A stretch of DNA of 64,000 bases, taken from Podospora anserina. Taxonomy: Eukaryota. Location of the stretch: contig CM030338.1 of NCBI GenBank assembly GCA_017654855.1, positions 1,240,001 through 1,304,000 of the forward strand, given 5' to 3'. A program made the translations under genes and the position numbers. The notes below the pieces were generated by a model that saw nothing but the letters and a program-made list of their open reading frames with translations, made no database searches and was not told the DNA's origin. Positions 11,680-24,352 of the stretch are shown here, one piece after another; positions within the stretch are counted from its first letter, which is position 1; every line of letters starts with the position of its first letter.

Positions 11680-12114
11680 GGGAATCGTGGGATTAGTTTA
11701 CCTGCCGCCCGTCCCGCTGGAAGGGAAATAGATCTTGTGAGGGCAGGGTAGATATAAACTACCTGTTGTCTTATCATCGAGGATCGGCTGACATTTTCCT
11801 GCCTCGTGGTGTTGCTTGCTAGGAACATCCCTTCCACGTTATCTGCTCAGGTGCCCGGCTGTTTGGATGGTGCTAAAATAGAGCGAAGAATGACTGGCTC
11901 CAGCTCCTCAACCCCAAGCCATTCTATTTTTGGTATCTCGAATGTTGACGATACATGTCTTTATAACGACAAACACGTCCACAAAAGGCACCAAACCCTC
12001 ATCTCATGTTTGATCTCTCCCCAAGGCCACCCCGACTTCACATATTAAGCCAGATATCTATCTCTCTTATCTACCAACAGTCATCTCACCATTTCAACCT
12101 TACCAAATCCAGCC

Positions 12115-12983
12115 ATGAAGGCGACCCCGTCTGCGGCCGCCCACGTGACAATCACCACCTGCGATGCAACTATGTCGTGCATCGTTTTTATATCTGACTC
12201 TCGGTCTCTTGATGCCTCTTTTTTGGGGGGTTGGCTGGCATCAGATGCACTCTGGCTATCACTGTGGCTTGACATCTCACCCCTCTTGCGTTTGTCAAAC
12301 CTGACTACAAGGTAACAATATCAACATCTGGTCCTACCTTTACTCTAATTTCTCGTGTTCAACCTACTACAAAGTAACATGCTCGGAACTTTCTGTGTTT
12401 ACTCAGTATGCGTCCTCCGAAGTAGGACGTCCACCCGTCAACCTCGCATCTGTAGATTACTTCCGCAGTATTTGTACCTAGGGTGACAGAGTCAACTACA
12501 AGCTTACCTTGTCGTATCACATTCAGGCGGAGACCGTCTCGTCTTCAGAGATCCCCAAGTTGGTCGAAAAGTCGCTACCCCAAACCAAGCCCTCCACAGC
12601 AACGCCCAAGCCAAATGTAAACAACCACCACCTTCCCAGTCCAACCACATCACAAGAACAAAACAACCACAGGCCATCCTCTCCACCACCCCACCCAACT
12701 GAACCAAAAGAAAAGTCGAAAACACAAGCCCCCTCGACAAAAAGAGAAAAAAAAAAAGAAAAAGAGCAAAAGCTCACCGGCCAACCTTTGTAGGGTGGCC
12801 AGCTACGAAAACCCCTCGAGGGGCTTTACTCCGGAATCGAACTCGGGGGCTATCGGTTGCAAGCCCCCCGGCCAGGGGGGGTTTAACAGCAACTCCTACA
12901 CCTTGACCATTTGTCCTGACCACAAGTGGCGCCCTGGTCAAGCTGTTCAAGCTGCTTGTTGGAAGGAGAGAAAAGGGAACTAA
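12115..12983 (+). pseudogene. Possible eroded small gene (Cys-containing fragments)
   Basis: C-rich leader and ccagccATGAAG start, intron-like 12617-12792 (GTAAAC..GCTCAC..TAG), terminal ORF GAIGCKPP..YTLTICP; no continuous frame could be assembled. Confidence 0.2.
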
Positions 12984-13264
12984 TATATATACCGTGGTTG
13001 GCTTGCTCCTTCCTCTTTCTCTGTTGAGGATCGAAAAGACCTGCCCACATTCGACTCTCACACTTGAGACCAAGCAAAGGTAACTCACACACAGACAATA
13101 AAAAGTAAACAAGCACGAGTAAAGAATAAAAGTCTCATAAAAATATCTACACCGCGAATCGAATACTACCCCAACCCATCCTTTTTCCCAAAAAAACCCA
13201 AAAAAAATAAAAAAATAATCCAACATCATTACAATCATGAACCCATTCCCTTTTCCTCTTCCTT

Positions 13265-15513
13265 CTACTCTGCCCCCTCATCAACAGGGAACCTCCCCAA
13301 GTATCTAAACACCCTCAACCCCTCCTCGACCCCCTTCACAACCTGCTCAACCCCCTCCCCAACAACAACACCCTCATCCTGCCCCCTACTCACCCCAACC
13401 GTCTGCTCCAACGCCTGTCCCGAATTCTCCCCCACAGCAGCGACCGGCTTCCCCCAACGATAACTATCCACCAAGATCTGCCCCGGCCGTCCGGCAGGGA
13501 ACAACGGAGAGTTCTTTCCTCCAGTCAACAACCCCTCCGCCCCATCCGTCACAACCACCGCGTCGTACCCAGTGGCATCAGCAGCAGAGTAAGTCTGATC
13601 CACCCCCTCCTTGAGAACCTCGCCAACAACAGTGACCACAACCCCCTCCTTGCTGAGCTGCTCCTTCAACTCCCGCGCCTGAGCAAGCGATCCATCATTG
13701 AAAGACGAGGCAAGGACGCCAACCCTCAAAGTCGCAATCGTGGGGAGGGTTCCGTTAAAGATGGAAAGCCCAGCCGTGACATTGTTATGGTAGAATGCCG
13801 GGTCCGGAGCCGGCGCCTCAAGTCCAAGAGCCACCGCAACCCGCTTCGCCACATCGTTTGACACACGGTTGATCTGCTCCAACACGTTCTTCTTCACCTG
13901 CTCGTTCTTGAGATGAGATGCCTCAAACCGGATAGCGTTGATCAAAAACTGCTGCTCAACCCTCGTCAACGAGTTGTAAAACAACCTCGGCTGCGACCAA
14001 TGATCATCAAACGTCGGCGACAGCGCCCTGACCAGCTTCCCATCCACGATCCTGTTCGGCGCCGTAAAGAACCCTTTCCCGTGCGTCTGGTTGGCTTGGA
14101 GGGGGTACCCCCCGTTGAGAGTGTTAGGGGTATAAGGGTAAACATTTTTATGAATAAGCATCTGTCCCGCCCCGTCCCGGTTGTTGTTGTGAACAGGCGA
14201 GACGGGTCTGTTGATGGGGATCTGCTCAAAGTTGGGCCCGCCCTGGTTCCGGTTGAGCTGCGTGTCAAGGTACGAAAACAAACGGCCTTGGAGAAGCGGG
14301 TCCTCGGTAAAGTCGACACCACGGACAATGTGACCAGGCTGGTACATGACCTGCTCCGTCTCGGCAAAGTAATTGGTCGGGTTCCGGTCCAGCTTCATGA
14401 TACCGAGGGGAACCAACGGGGCGAGCTCCTCGGGGATGATCTTGGTGGGGTCGAGGAGGTCAAACCCAAAGGCGAGGGCCTTTTCTTCGTCGACGATCTG
14501 GACGGACAGCTCCCACTCTGGACCGTTGCCTGACTCGATCGCGTCCCAGAGATCCTGACGGTGGAAGTCGGCGTTCTTGCCAGCGAGAACCTGGGCCTCT
14601 TCCCAGACCAGAGAAGCCTTGCCTTGCTTGGTCTTGAAGTGCCACTTGATGAGCTTGGAGTTGCCGTCGTCCGTGACGAAGCGGAAGGTGTGCACGCCGA
14701 AGCCGTCCATGTGACGATAACTGCGAGGGATGCCGTTGCCGGACATGGCCCAGAAGAGAGTGTGCATAGTGCTGGGCTGCTGGCTGAAGAAGTCCCACGC
14801 CGAATCGTGAGCGGTGGCCGCCTGGGGGACCTCATTGTCCGGGCTGGGCTTGACAGAGTGGATCAAGTCGGGGAAGCGGATGGCGTCTTGGATAAAAAAG
14901 ACGGGGATGTTGTTGCCGACAATGTCAAAGTTTCCTTCGTCAGTGTAGAAGCGGGTAGCGAACCCGTGGACATCGCGAGCGGTATCAGCACTGCCGCGGG
15001 AACCAGCAACGGTCGAGAACCGGACGAAGACGGGAGTCTTCTTTCCAGCTCCACCGAGGAAGGAAGCAGCCGTGATGTTGCTCCAGTCGGCATAGCTGGT
15101 GAAGGTACCGTGAGCACCGGCACCACGAGCGTGAACAGCCCTTTCGGGAATCTGATTTCAATGTCAGCACATTACATGCTCCCCAACCTAGACACATGAC
15201 CAAAGTCAAACAAACTCACCCGTTCATGATCAAAATGCTGAATCTTTTGCCTAAAGATCCAGTCCTCCATCAAGGTAGACCCCCTGTACCCAGCCTTGAG
15301 GCTGTTCTGGTCCTCCATCGGCCCACCAACGTCGGACGACATGTAAGCATTGCTGTCGTCAACCTCGTACTCCTCGAGGATATTCTCCGTCTGCTGGCTC
15401 GCGCCCTCGTCCCTCTTGGCGAGGTGGTAGTTGGGATCAGCAAAAGGGCATGCCGCTTTTGTCACCGCCGACATGGACCCCACGAGGGTGGCCCACGTTA
15501 GCAGCCTTTTCAT
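13265..15513 (-). CDS. CATB: Secreted large-subunit (clade 2) catalase, CatB/Cat-3 type
   Basis: Signal-like [39 protein letters not shown] across intron 15152-15219; [20 protein letters not shown] heme-ligand motif; C-terminal DJ-1/flavodoxin-like domain. Confidence 0.96.
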
Positions 15514-15925
15514 ACTGCTGCCGCTGCCGTGCATCGTATGTATGTAGTGTCCTATATGTATGTCTCGGACTTGTCTGAGAGAGAAACAACAGAAAGAAAA
15601 AAAAGGGGGGTAAGGGGAGTGTGATACGACAGAATAAAGTTGCCCCCGGCGTCGGCTGATTCTGTGTGTGTCTTGACTGAGAAGGGATGGTTCTCCCAAA
15701 AACCAAAGAAGCTCATGATGGTGACGGGGGAGGCGTTACTTATATGTCGACGGACTGGCCGTTGAGGTCCTGGTCCTGCCTGCCCCACGCCCCCCGGCAA
15801 AGGGCACTGTGTGCTGATCAACATGTTTTTTTTTGCCTCCACCACCCAACAATATTACCTACCCCAAATCCTCCGTGTCCCCCTTCCGCAAGACTGCAAC
15901 CATGAGTGACAGGGACGAGGAAGAG

Positions 15926-15950
15926 GTGTGTGTGTGTGTGTGTGTGTGTG
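15926..15950. repeat. (GT)12 microsatellite upstream of catalase
   Basis: Read directly from the sequence. Confidence 0.95.
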
Positions 15951-18900
15951 AAGCTATGGCCTTTCCCGGAGAGGGAGGTTCGGCGAGTCGAACGGGCAGC
16001 TAGCCACCACCCACCCCCCATCCATGACCCATGGTTGCCGGGTAGAGAGCCACATGATCACAAGATCCGTGGGCCCATCAATGGTCCGGTCCCTTCGAAT
16101 CCAAGGTTGCAAGCTCGATCACAAAATACCAACGTCCATTTTGTGACCGGGGAACCGATATTCTTGTGTAAGTGCCAGGTCCTCGTCACCTCTATCGGCC
16201 CGGGGACCCCCAGACAGCGGGGACTAGTCCAGAGGCCGAAATAGAAAAAGAATGACACCACCCCTTTCATTGGATCCTCGAAAAAAAGCAAGACTTTTCC
16301 GCCCGCGCGGGAACCACAGACAATGTGTGTGTCACCCGTGCGTGCGCGCGCACAACAACAAAGAAGTGCAAGTACCCTCTCAGAAAAAAGGCGGGAAGCA
16401 CATACCGGGGTGGACAACAGAGAGTTGTTGTTGTTCAGCAACACACACGGCCCCAATCGTCCGGACTTGGACTCCGTCCTTAGCCGGGGTGTAGTGTATC
16501 TCGCCGAGAAAAGCTCAGGCTTGTACCCTCACTGTGTGGATGTGGCGCGTTGCGGGCTTATCTGATTTCCACAAGGCTGGTTGTTGTTGGAGGTACATAC
16601 AACCAAAGTTCACACACACCGAAGGAGCCGCATCAAGGGTCCACACCAGATCATCACACAGCACCTACCTACCTACCTACGCTGCCTTGCAGAACCATTC
16701 TCAGCATGATGTGAGACCAACAACAACATCAAGTAAGAAAAAGGTAGATATAAAACAACGAGATGAGCAAGCAGGACCTGCTACGGAGACGGAAGAAAAA
16801 AAGACGGTAAACCAACTGGGACCCGTATCAAGAGACTCGGGCTCCTCAACATACGTCAGCATCGACTTGCCCCCCTGCCCCCCCAGCCGGCACTCGAAAA
16901 GCTTTTGGGTGCTAGCCCCCGTAGAATGATCGGGGCAAAAAATAGACTAAGCAGCCCGGGGACCTGCTTCTTGGCTGAGCGGCTCTCGTCCGATGTCGAT
17001 AGCATGCGGTCAAGGCCATGCCAGCCGTTAAGATGGATGGATGTGCGGGGTAGGTATCGCACGCTCGCATGTCGAAACATGCGAACCCCTTGACAGCTTT
17101 TGGAATCAAAAACCAAGTCACCAGTCGTATTCGGAATCTATCACACACATGAAGGAATGACACTGAAGTCCCGTGCTGCTGGCATCCTGCGCGGTCTGTC
17201 TCGGTACATACACTGTGCCCCCCTCCCCCCCCCCCTCAATATGGCAGATAATATTCGTTGCAACAGAGAATCCGCGGTTGCATTGCATATCGAGCGGCCG
17301 AGAGTGGTCGTCACTTCGAAAAGCCGGAGAGGTGTGGAGCCCGATTCGCAAGCTCAAGAACAAGCAAGGAAGCGGAACCCGCGATGATGATCCCTGAAAG
17401 CGGTTGCTTTGTCTGCCGTTCGGTTTCCGAGCATCGGGGATCCAGAATCTGCCCACAGCTGGGGAGAGCAACGCATGACGCAGTGGAATTTGATATGGAG
17501 CTTCATCATTCCAAGATTTTATCTTTTCTCATGGTTCGAGAGCAACAAAAAAAGGCGAGGCATCTACGGCAGATGCAGGTACATCGTGATGGGCGGTGAT
17601 AGAACTTCAATGGCGTGCTCAACAAGGTAGGGATCACCCACACACGTGCCACAGTCTCAGTTAGACCCTAGCAAAGTGAGATCGACGACGACTTGGACGG
17701 CTGGATTTGCAAGCCACACAGGAGATCGTTGGGTCGGCTGCAGATGATTCCAAACTGAGGGTATCATCATCACGGGATGCAAAGAATGCTCACCCTGCTG
17801 ACAGATAGCAAAAATTAACGTAAGATTCCTAACCGGAAGAGTTCCTCCAACGGTTGATTGTCCTGGCGCTGTACACAACATGGAATATTCCGTGGTTAAC
17901 CTCCCGAAAGTAGCACAATACTTCTCCGCATATGTCCAAGACCCGACTAGCTGGGGAAGCGTGGTTGGCCATTGATGGAAAATCATCAGCACGTTTTGCT
18001 GTGACTGCCAAGTCAAGTCCGCGCAAGAATTGTTTGTTCTACACATTGTCGTCACCTTGCGCGGAGTGAGGGAGGGGATTTTGCACTTCGGCCGATATCA
18101 GAACAGGGAGGTCGATGTAGCAGTTTTTCTTGTGCTTCCTTCCATGCGGCTTGGCAGATGTCGAGCATAATAATTCCGAAGGCTGGGCCCTCGAGAGGAG
18201 AGAGGTCGGAGGTATCGGACAGTAGCATGATGAGGGAAGGAAGGCCGATGTAGAGAGCAGGAAAAAGACACAGAAAAAGAGGTGAAGTTGAAAGAGATGA
18301 TTCGACCCCTGTAGGCCAGGATGAGCCGGGCGGCTACCAACGTTGAGCTAAGCCTGATTCTGCCAAGTCGCCGGCTTGGCCACGGCAGAGCGCGAATCAA
18401 TGCCGGTACAGAACCCTAACCCCGGTGTTAGTCAGCGGAAATAACCTCGGAGCAAGAACAACGTCACAGCAGTGAGCTGATGCCCAGAATTTGTGAGAGG
18501 AACATCCTCACTCAGCAACATCTCACCAACACCAGCCCTTGCCAATCTCTGTCCAACCCGAGCCTTCCGAATTCTTTCTCTCATGGCCATGGTTATTCCA
18601 CCTCAACTTATATTTTTAACCTTGCAATCACAAATCACAAACAATGCGCCTTGCAGCATGCCACCTCTCGGCTCTTCCCTGTCATGCAAGTGACAAAAAA
18701 CTGGGATGCCCACCCAGCCGGTGCCTCTCAACAACACCCTATCGACCGGCTGCTATCCGGGCCAATGGCAGCCGTCTTTTGGTTGATGACATCCCACAAC
18801 TGCCGTATCTTCGCGCCAGAGGTAACTCTAGCTGAACCGTGATGGACATCGTCTGTGTTTGTAAAAAGTAACACCTTCCTACCCTGTCCTCTATGCCATG

Positions 18901-19127
18901 TCCAGTGTGTACGCTATGCTGTCTCGCTATATCTATATATATATATGTGTACAAAAAATGTGGGTATATCGTTTCTTGATGGTCTCAAACATGAATGTAA
19001 ACGCAGCAATGCTTCCGATATCGCAACAACAAGCCCCTATTCTCCTCGCCACTGTCGCGTCCAGGTGTGTCCAATGTAGATTCCCAGTTGGGAAATGTGA
19101 GCCGGCGCCAAAACATTGATGACTCCT

Positions 19128-20876
19128 TCAAGCTTGTCGTCGTCTACAAGGCCTCACCGACCTCTTTGACAGCCTCTCCTGCTCCTCCTCCTCCTCCTCC
19201 TCCTCACCCCTGCTCCCCCTTTCACTCTCCTCACTCTCACTCTCTTCCTTCTTGTCCTCACCACCATCACCCGCCCCAGCACCACTCAAATAACTCCCCC
19301 CCCCATCCATCAGCTGCCCCTCCCCAACCCACCCCGCCTCCACAGCAAACCTCACCACCTCCCCCGCCCCCCCAAAGCTCATCACCTCCCTCGGCTGCCC
19401 AGGATCAAGATGAACCCTCAACTCCCTCGTCTCCTCCTCCCACCCCCTCAGCACTTTTGCCTCCCCCCTAAAATTCTCCACCATCCACCCATAGATATAA
19501 TCCAACCACAGCACATTAGTATAAGGATAATACCCCCCCCAATCAACCCTCCTCTTACTCCCCTTCCTCCTCTTCACCGCTCCCGCCGGCAACTCATAAG
19601 CCGTAGTATGATACTTGGGCCCCAAAATACCCCTATCCCCCCTCAGCAAAAAACTCCTCATCCCCCTATAAACCTCACACTGCGGCGCGTGCTCGCTCGT
19701 GAAAATGCTCAAGTCCTTTTCCAAATCCATAAACACTTTCCCCCCCGGACGGTCCGGATCCGAAGCCCGCGAGAGGCCGTAATCCAGTATCGTGACCTCT
19801 AAGCCAGAGTTGTTGAATCTATACCCTGACCCTGGCGACAGAGGGGGACGGGCCTGCCTGACACATAAATTCCCCTCGTGAAGATCCCTATGCTCAAACT
19901 CAATCAAATCTTCTGCTCTGGCAAGCGCAATCGCAGTGTGAAGAAAAATATCCCATAGCTGTTCTGAAGTCGTAATCTCAAAATCCTCCAGCGCCGTGCC
20001 CGCATCACCTAGCTCGACGACGAGGAATCTGGTTTCGTCGAGGTACCTGCTTGGGGAGGGGTACCACTGCAGCCGGTCGGGATCTTTTCTCTTCTCCCGA
20101 CGATAAAAGGCTTGGTGGGTTTCGAGGAGTGATCTGGGGGCTTTGCCCTGGGCGATGTAGCGTTCTTTGTAGATTACAAACCCGGGGATGTCGGCTAGCC
20201 ATTCGGATATCTGGAGCTCGCCGAGCATGTCCTCGTCGGTGTGGGGTTCTTCGTCTACCAGACCCGAGCGGGACTGGGCTTTGGTTTGGGGTTTGATGGG
20301 GGAGTCGAGGCGGATGACTTTGATGATGGAGGTGCCGAGGGTGTTGGTTATGCGGTAGACTTCTGCGTAGGAGGCCTCGGCGATTTTCTCGATGGTGTTG
20401 GAGGGGGGGCAGATTTCGGACCAGGTGAGGGTGCGGAGGGTTGATGAGGTGGAGGAGGTGTCGGAGTGGAAGGTTGAGTCTTCTTCTTCTGAGTAGGGTT
20501 GTGATGGTTTTTGTGGTAGACGGCCGGGGACTGGTTCGTCTTTTGGTACGGGGGTTGGTGCTATTCTTCGTCTTGGGGGAGGAGATTGTGGTTGCTTGGG
20601 TGTTGATGGCTGCTGTTCGGGGGGTGGTGGTGGTGGTGGTGATGACGGTGGGGTTGGTGTTGTTGAAGGGATCTCCTCCTTGTCTTGAATTACCACTTTC
20701 TCGTCGAGTGTCACCGATACCAGCTGTTTTGTGATCCGAGAGACCTCATGTGATTCGACTTCCACCTTGGCCTTTCTCGTCGTGGGCGGGCTTGTTGGTA
20801 ATGCCTCAAACAACTGCTCAGCCCTCGTCTTCCTCTCGGATTTGCCATATTTTCGAAGTGTGGTGGTGCGTGACAT
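19128..20876 (-). CDS. HASPIN: Haspin-family atypical protein kinase
   Basis: Disordered Pro-rich N-terminus, then KIAEASYAEVY, FEHRDLHEGN, ILDYGLSR, QCEVYRGMR, YPYTNVLWLDY. First ATG at 20876. Confidence 0.92.
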   Translation of the reverse strand: MSRTTTLRKYGKSERKTRAEQLFEALPTSPPTTRKAKVEVESHEVSRITKQLVSVTLDEKVVIQDKEEIPSTTPTPPSSPPPPPPPEQQPSTPKQPQSPPPRRRIAPTPVPKDEPVPGRLPQKPSQPYSEEEDSTFHSDTSSTSSTLRTLTWSEICPPSNTIEKIAEASYAEVYRITNTLGTSIIKVIRLDSPIKPQTKAQSRSGLVDEEPHTDEDMLGELQISEWLADIPGFVIYKERYIAQGKAPRSLLETHQAFYRREKRKDPDRLQWYPSPSRYLDETRFLVVELGDAGTALEDFEITTSEQLWDIFLHTAIALARAEDLIEFEHRDLHEGNLCVRQARPPLSPGSGYRFNNSGLEVTILDYGLSRASDPDRPGGKVFMDLEKDLSIFTSEHAPQCEVYRGMRSFLLRGDRGILGPKYHTTAYELPAGAVKRRKGSKRRVDWGGYYPYTNVLWLDYIYGWMVENFRGEAKVLRGWEEETRELRVHLDPGQPREVMSFGGAGEVVRFAVEAGWVGEGQLMDGGGSYLSGAGAGDGGEDKKEESESEESERGSRGEEEEEEEEQERLSKRSVRPCRRRQA

Positions 20877-21390
20877 TGTTCTTTTTTGATATTGGAACCG
20901 TTGTATAGATTCGTAAAGCACCTTGATGGTTCGTGGTTAAAAGTCGGGCTTCAGCCTTGTCATTCGTCAATGTGCTGTGGAGGGTTGCTAAGGGCAACCG
21001 AGATGGGAGACCCTTGCCCCACCAGATCTCCCACTTTGCTGATGCCTGTCTCACTCTGGGTGGGGGGCATGAGGGGCATCATGGAAGTGGTCGTCTTGCT
21101 CTGCCATATCTTGGACCTTTCAGACCTTAAAGGAACCGCTGAGATATGTCAGAAAGCGTTCATCTTGTAATTCAGGATTGAGTCCAAATGCCCAGAGGTT
21201 GATAAAAGCGATAAGCATAGCTCGATAGCGCCATCCAACGTTGAATTGACGTCCGTGCTTCCTGCAGGGTGCCCCACATTCAATTCCCAATTGCACACGT
21301 CAGGGGATTTCTCAGGCCTTGGGGTGCGACACGAACTTCTTGCTTCGACGCAACCTCACCCAAATCGCCGACCACCGCACGCGACAAGCC

Positions 21391-22825
21391 ATGGCGAACG
21401 TTATTGGAAACCTCTTTGGAGGCCAGAAGCCCTTGAACCCCGACCCTGTCAAAGGCGGTGATTCCGGTGAGTCCATCAGTATCCATTGCGCGCACATGCC
21501 CGAGATGGAAACCGTGGCCGTTACTCTAGACAGCAGCTAACGGTCTCCCAAAGACTTTGCAGACTTCAAGGAGGGCGCCGAGCCATCTCCAATTCCCTTT
21601 ACTCCCGTCTCCAACACCCTGACCGGAGCCCAGCCCGCGCAGACACTGCGCCCCTACACAAAATGGTACCGCCTCGACGAGCGCCATTCCCTCTCTGAGT
21701 TCAAGGGCGAGGGCATCGTTCTCTCCATCATTGGCCTCTTCCTCCTCTTCCACCTCTTCGGCGCTGGCCGCAACCGCACCAAGGCCAGGAAGTGGATCGA
21801 GGCCAACAACGCTCCCCTTGCCGCCGAGTTCGCCTCCGTGGGCTTTGACGGGGTTCCATCCTCTGAGACCAAGGTGGCTGAAATTCGCGAGAAGAGTCTC
21901 TTCGAGTTTGCTACCTACGCCACCGGCCGTGCCAACGTCGCCTTCGTCGATGTCAAGCTTACTCTTGTCAAGCGCTTCAACCCGCTCACCTCCATCTTCG
22001 AGGCCGCTCTTGGATTCTTCTGGGACAGCTTCCCCGCTCCCAAGGATGTCTGTGACGCTACCATCTATCCCTTTGATGGAAGAGAGACCCAGATTGTGCC
22101 CTCTATCCCCGGCGCTGGCGAGCTCCAGGCCAAGGACAAGAGCACCTATGACAACTTTGTTTGGGCTCTTGTTCACAAGGACCAGATGAAGCAAGTTCGC
22201 GATGATCGCTACGACCTGTCTCTTACCGTCACCAAGGACCACCCCAAGCTTCCCCAGTGGTTGACCGTCATGAGCGAGAGCGCCGAGATTACCGACCTTC
22301 TTTTGACCCCTGAGCTCATCAAGGCTGCCGAGAACGCTGGTGATTCTTTTGAGTATCTGATCATTTCTGACCAACCTGTTGAGCAGCCCAAGACGTGAGT
22401 TTCCTGGCTGCAACCCTTGTACTTGAGCTTTGGTTAACATGTACCCAAACAGGCTCGATGAGACGGTTCCCCGCAAGCGCATCTTCCTCCGCTACTCGCT
22501 GCCCTCCAACAATGACTACACCAACCTCGTCCCCATCTTCCAGTACTTCCTCCGCATCTCTGACCAGCTCGCCAAGTCGGCCCACTTCCGGCCCGAGGTT
22601 GTCAAGAAGGTCAAGGCGGTCCGTGAGACCATGATCAAGAAGATCCAGAAGGCCGAGGAGGAGGAGAAGGCTGAGGAGCGCGCGATTGAGAAGGAGAAGG
22701 CGCGCAAGGCCAAGCGTGATGCTGAGCTGAATGCGCTGGACGCCAAGGGACAGAAGAAGTATCTTGAAAAGGAGCGCGAGAGGGAGTTGAAGAAGGGGAC
22801 CAAGAAGATGACTACCCGTGCTTAG
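21391..22825 (+). CDS. CCDC47: DUF1682 / CCDC47 (PAT complex) ER membrane protein (3 exons)
   Basis: Introns 21467-21553 and 22395-22452; DFADF, single TM, YATGR, DNFVWALVHK, MSESAEI, SDQP and charged C-terminal coiled coil. Confidence 0.88.
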
Positions 22826-23463
22826 GGTGGCTGAAATGAATTTTTTGGGTAGCCGGTTGGGGGGGTGGTTTTTTGGGTTCGTTGGGGCGGCCGGGGGCTA
22901 TGTCTGTATGTATAAAAAGGGGCACCGGACGGATGGATGGAAAAGGGGGATGAATGATGGTGGGTTGGGGATGGATATACGAATTGTTACTGGATAAAGT
23001 AATGTGTAAATTGACGCGATGTTACATTTCTTGTATCTCTAGCTCCATGCTTGCAGTCGGCGATTGTGTAGTGCCTGTTGGTGTCTTGGACGGCGACTTG
23101 TACAGCTGACAAACTCGGAATCAATGGACCAGAGTGATATGATGTCGGTGCTACAAAGTGATGCCCGACATCCCGCAGGGCAAGGTTAGGCAGGTCGGCG
23201 ATGTGGAGGGACGGGATAAGTGGGGCCGGCGCTGGCCCCCAGAAAGCGGGATATGGTAAGTCGGCGACTGCTTCTGGAAGAGCGAGACGGGAACTATCCT
23301 CCTGGGGTTTCATATATCAGCTGAGCTTAAGTTGGACATATAGCTGATCGATTCATCCCATCTTTTTTTTTTTTTTTCGGTTTGGAGAGCTGGCTGTTTT
23401 TTGTAAACCCCTCAACGAAGTCAACTTTTACTCAGCAAGCAAAAGACGAGAATAAAAGACAAG

Positions 23464-23966
23464 ATGTGCTTCGGATCTTCCTGCCCCAACTGCTGTTAGT
23501 ACTTGTCAGGACTTTGTTGGATCCAAACCCATGATGATTGCTGACATTGAGGATGGTATAGCTAAGCAATCCTGGCGAGGCTGCGGCTCCCACGTCCCCT
23601 CCGTTCTCGGGTCTGTTCCCGAGGATAAGTGGTGTACTTGGTATGTTCTTCTCCCCTCCTTCCCCCCCCCCCCCCCCTCTCTTTCCCCCTTTCACATCCA
23701 TCCTGTCCATGATACACACAACCCCCATCTTACAGCCGTTGCCCATCCATTGCAATATTCTCAATAAATCGTCACGCATGACAAAGCTAACAAACCCCCC
23801 CAAAAGCGAACCCAAATTCACCGTCTCCGGCAAGGACTACCCACCCCAAGCCGGCCAAGGCAAACCCGCCGGCTCCTCTTCTGCCGATCAACAAGAAGAA
23901 ACCCCCTCAGGTTCGGCCGCCCTGTCCTGGTTCACCAGTTTTCTTGGTGGTGGAGGCAAGAAGTAA
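23464..23966 (+). CDS. 89-aa Cys/His-rich small protein of unknown function (3 exons)
   Basis: Exons 23464-23494, 23562-23640, 23807-23966 (270 nt) give MCFGSSCPNCSKQSWRGCGSHVPSVLGSVPEDKWCTCEPKFTVSGKDYPPQ...; donors GTTAGT/GTATGT, branch points GCTGAC/GCTAAC. Confidence 0.85.
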
Positions 23967-24149
23967 CCATATTTCCCGTTTCCAGAGTTGAAGTAAACGA
24001 CCGGCAAGCTTCTCATTATCGGCCCCTGAACCACCTACAAATATCTCGGGCATCTTCTGAAATCAAAATCAATATTTGGCTAAAAAATCCAAGCCCACCC
24101 ATCCAAAAATGCTGCTCATATAAATGCCTGTATAAAACCAAAGCTCTGT

Positions 24150-24171
24150 TGTGTGTGTGTGTGTGTGTGTG
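24150..24171. repeat. (TG)11 microsatellite
   Basis: Read directly from the sequence. Confidence 0.95.
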
Positions 24172-24352
24172 ACATACATTACCACCAGGTACATACGCTC
24201 CCCCCCCCACGTCTCTCCATTCTATACCCAATTTTCATCGTTGTTGTATATAAAATTCTTTCATCTTCATTAACACCTTGTTGATCATGATACACCTTCC
24301 CCTCTACCACCCCCCTTATCTACCCATCATGTCCCACTCCCCCTAACACCAT

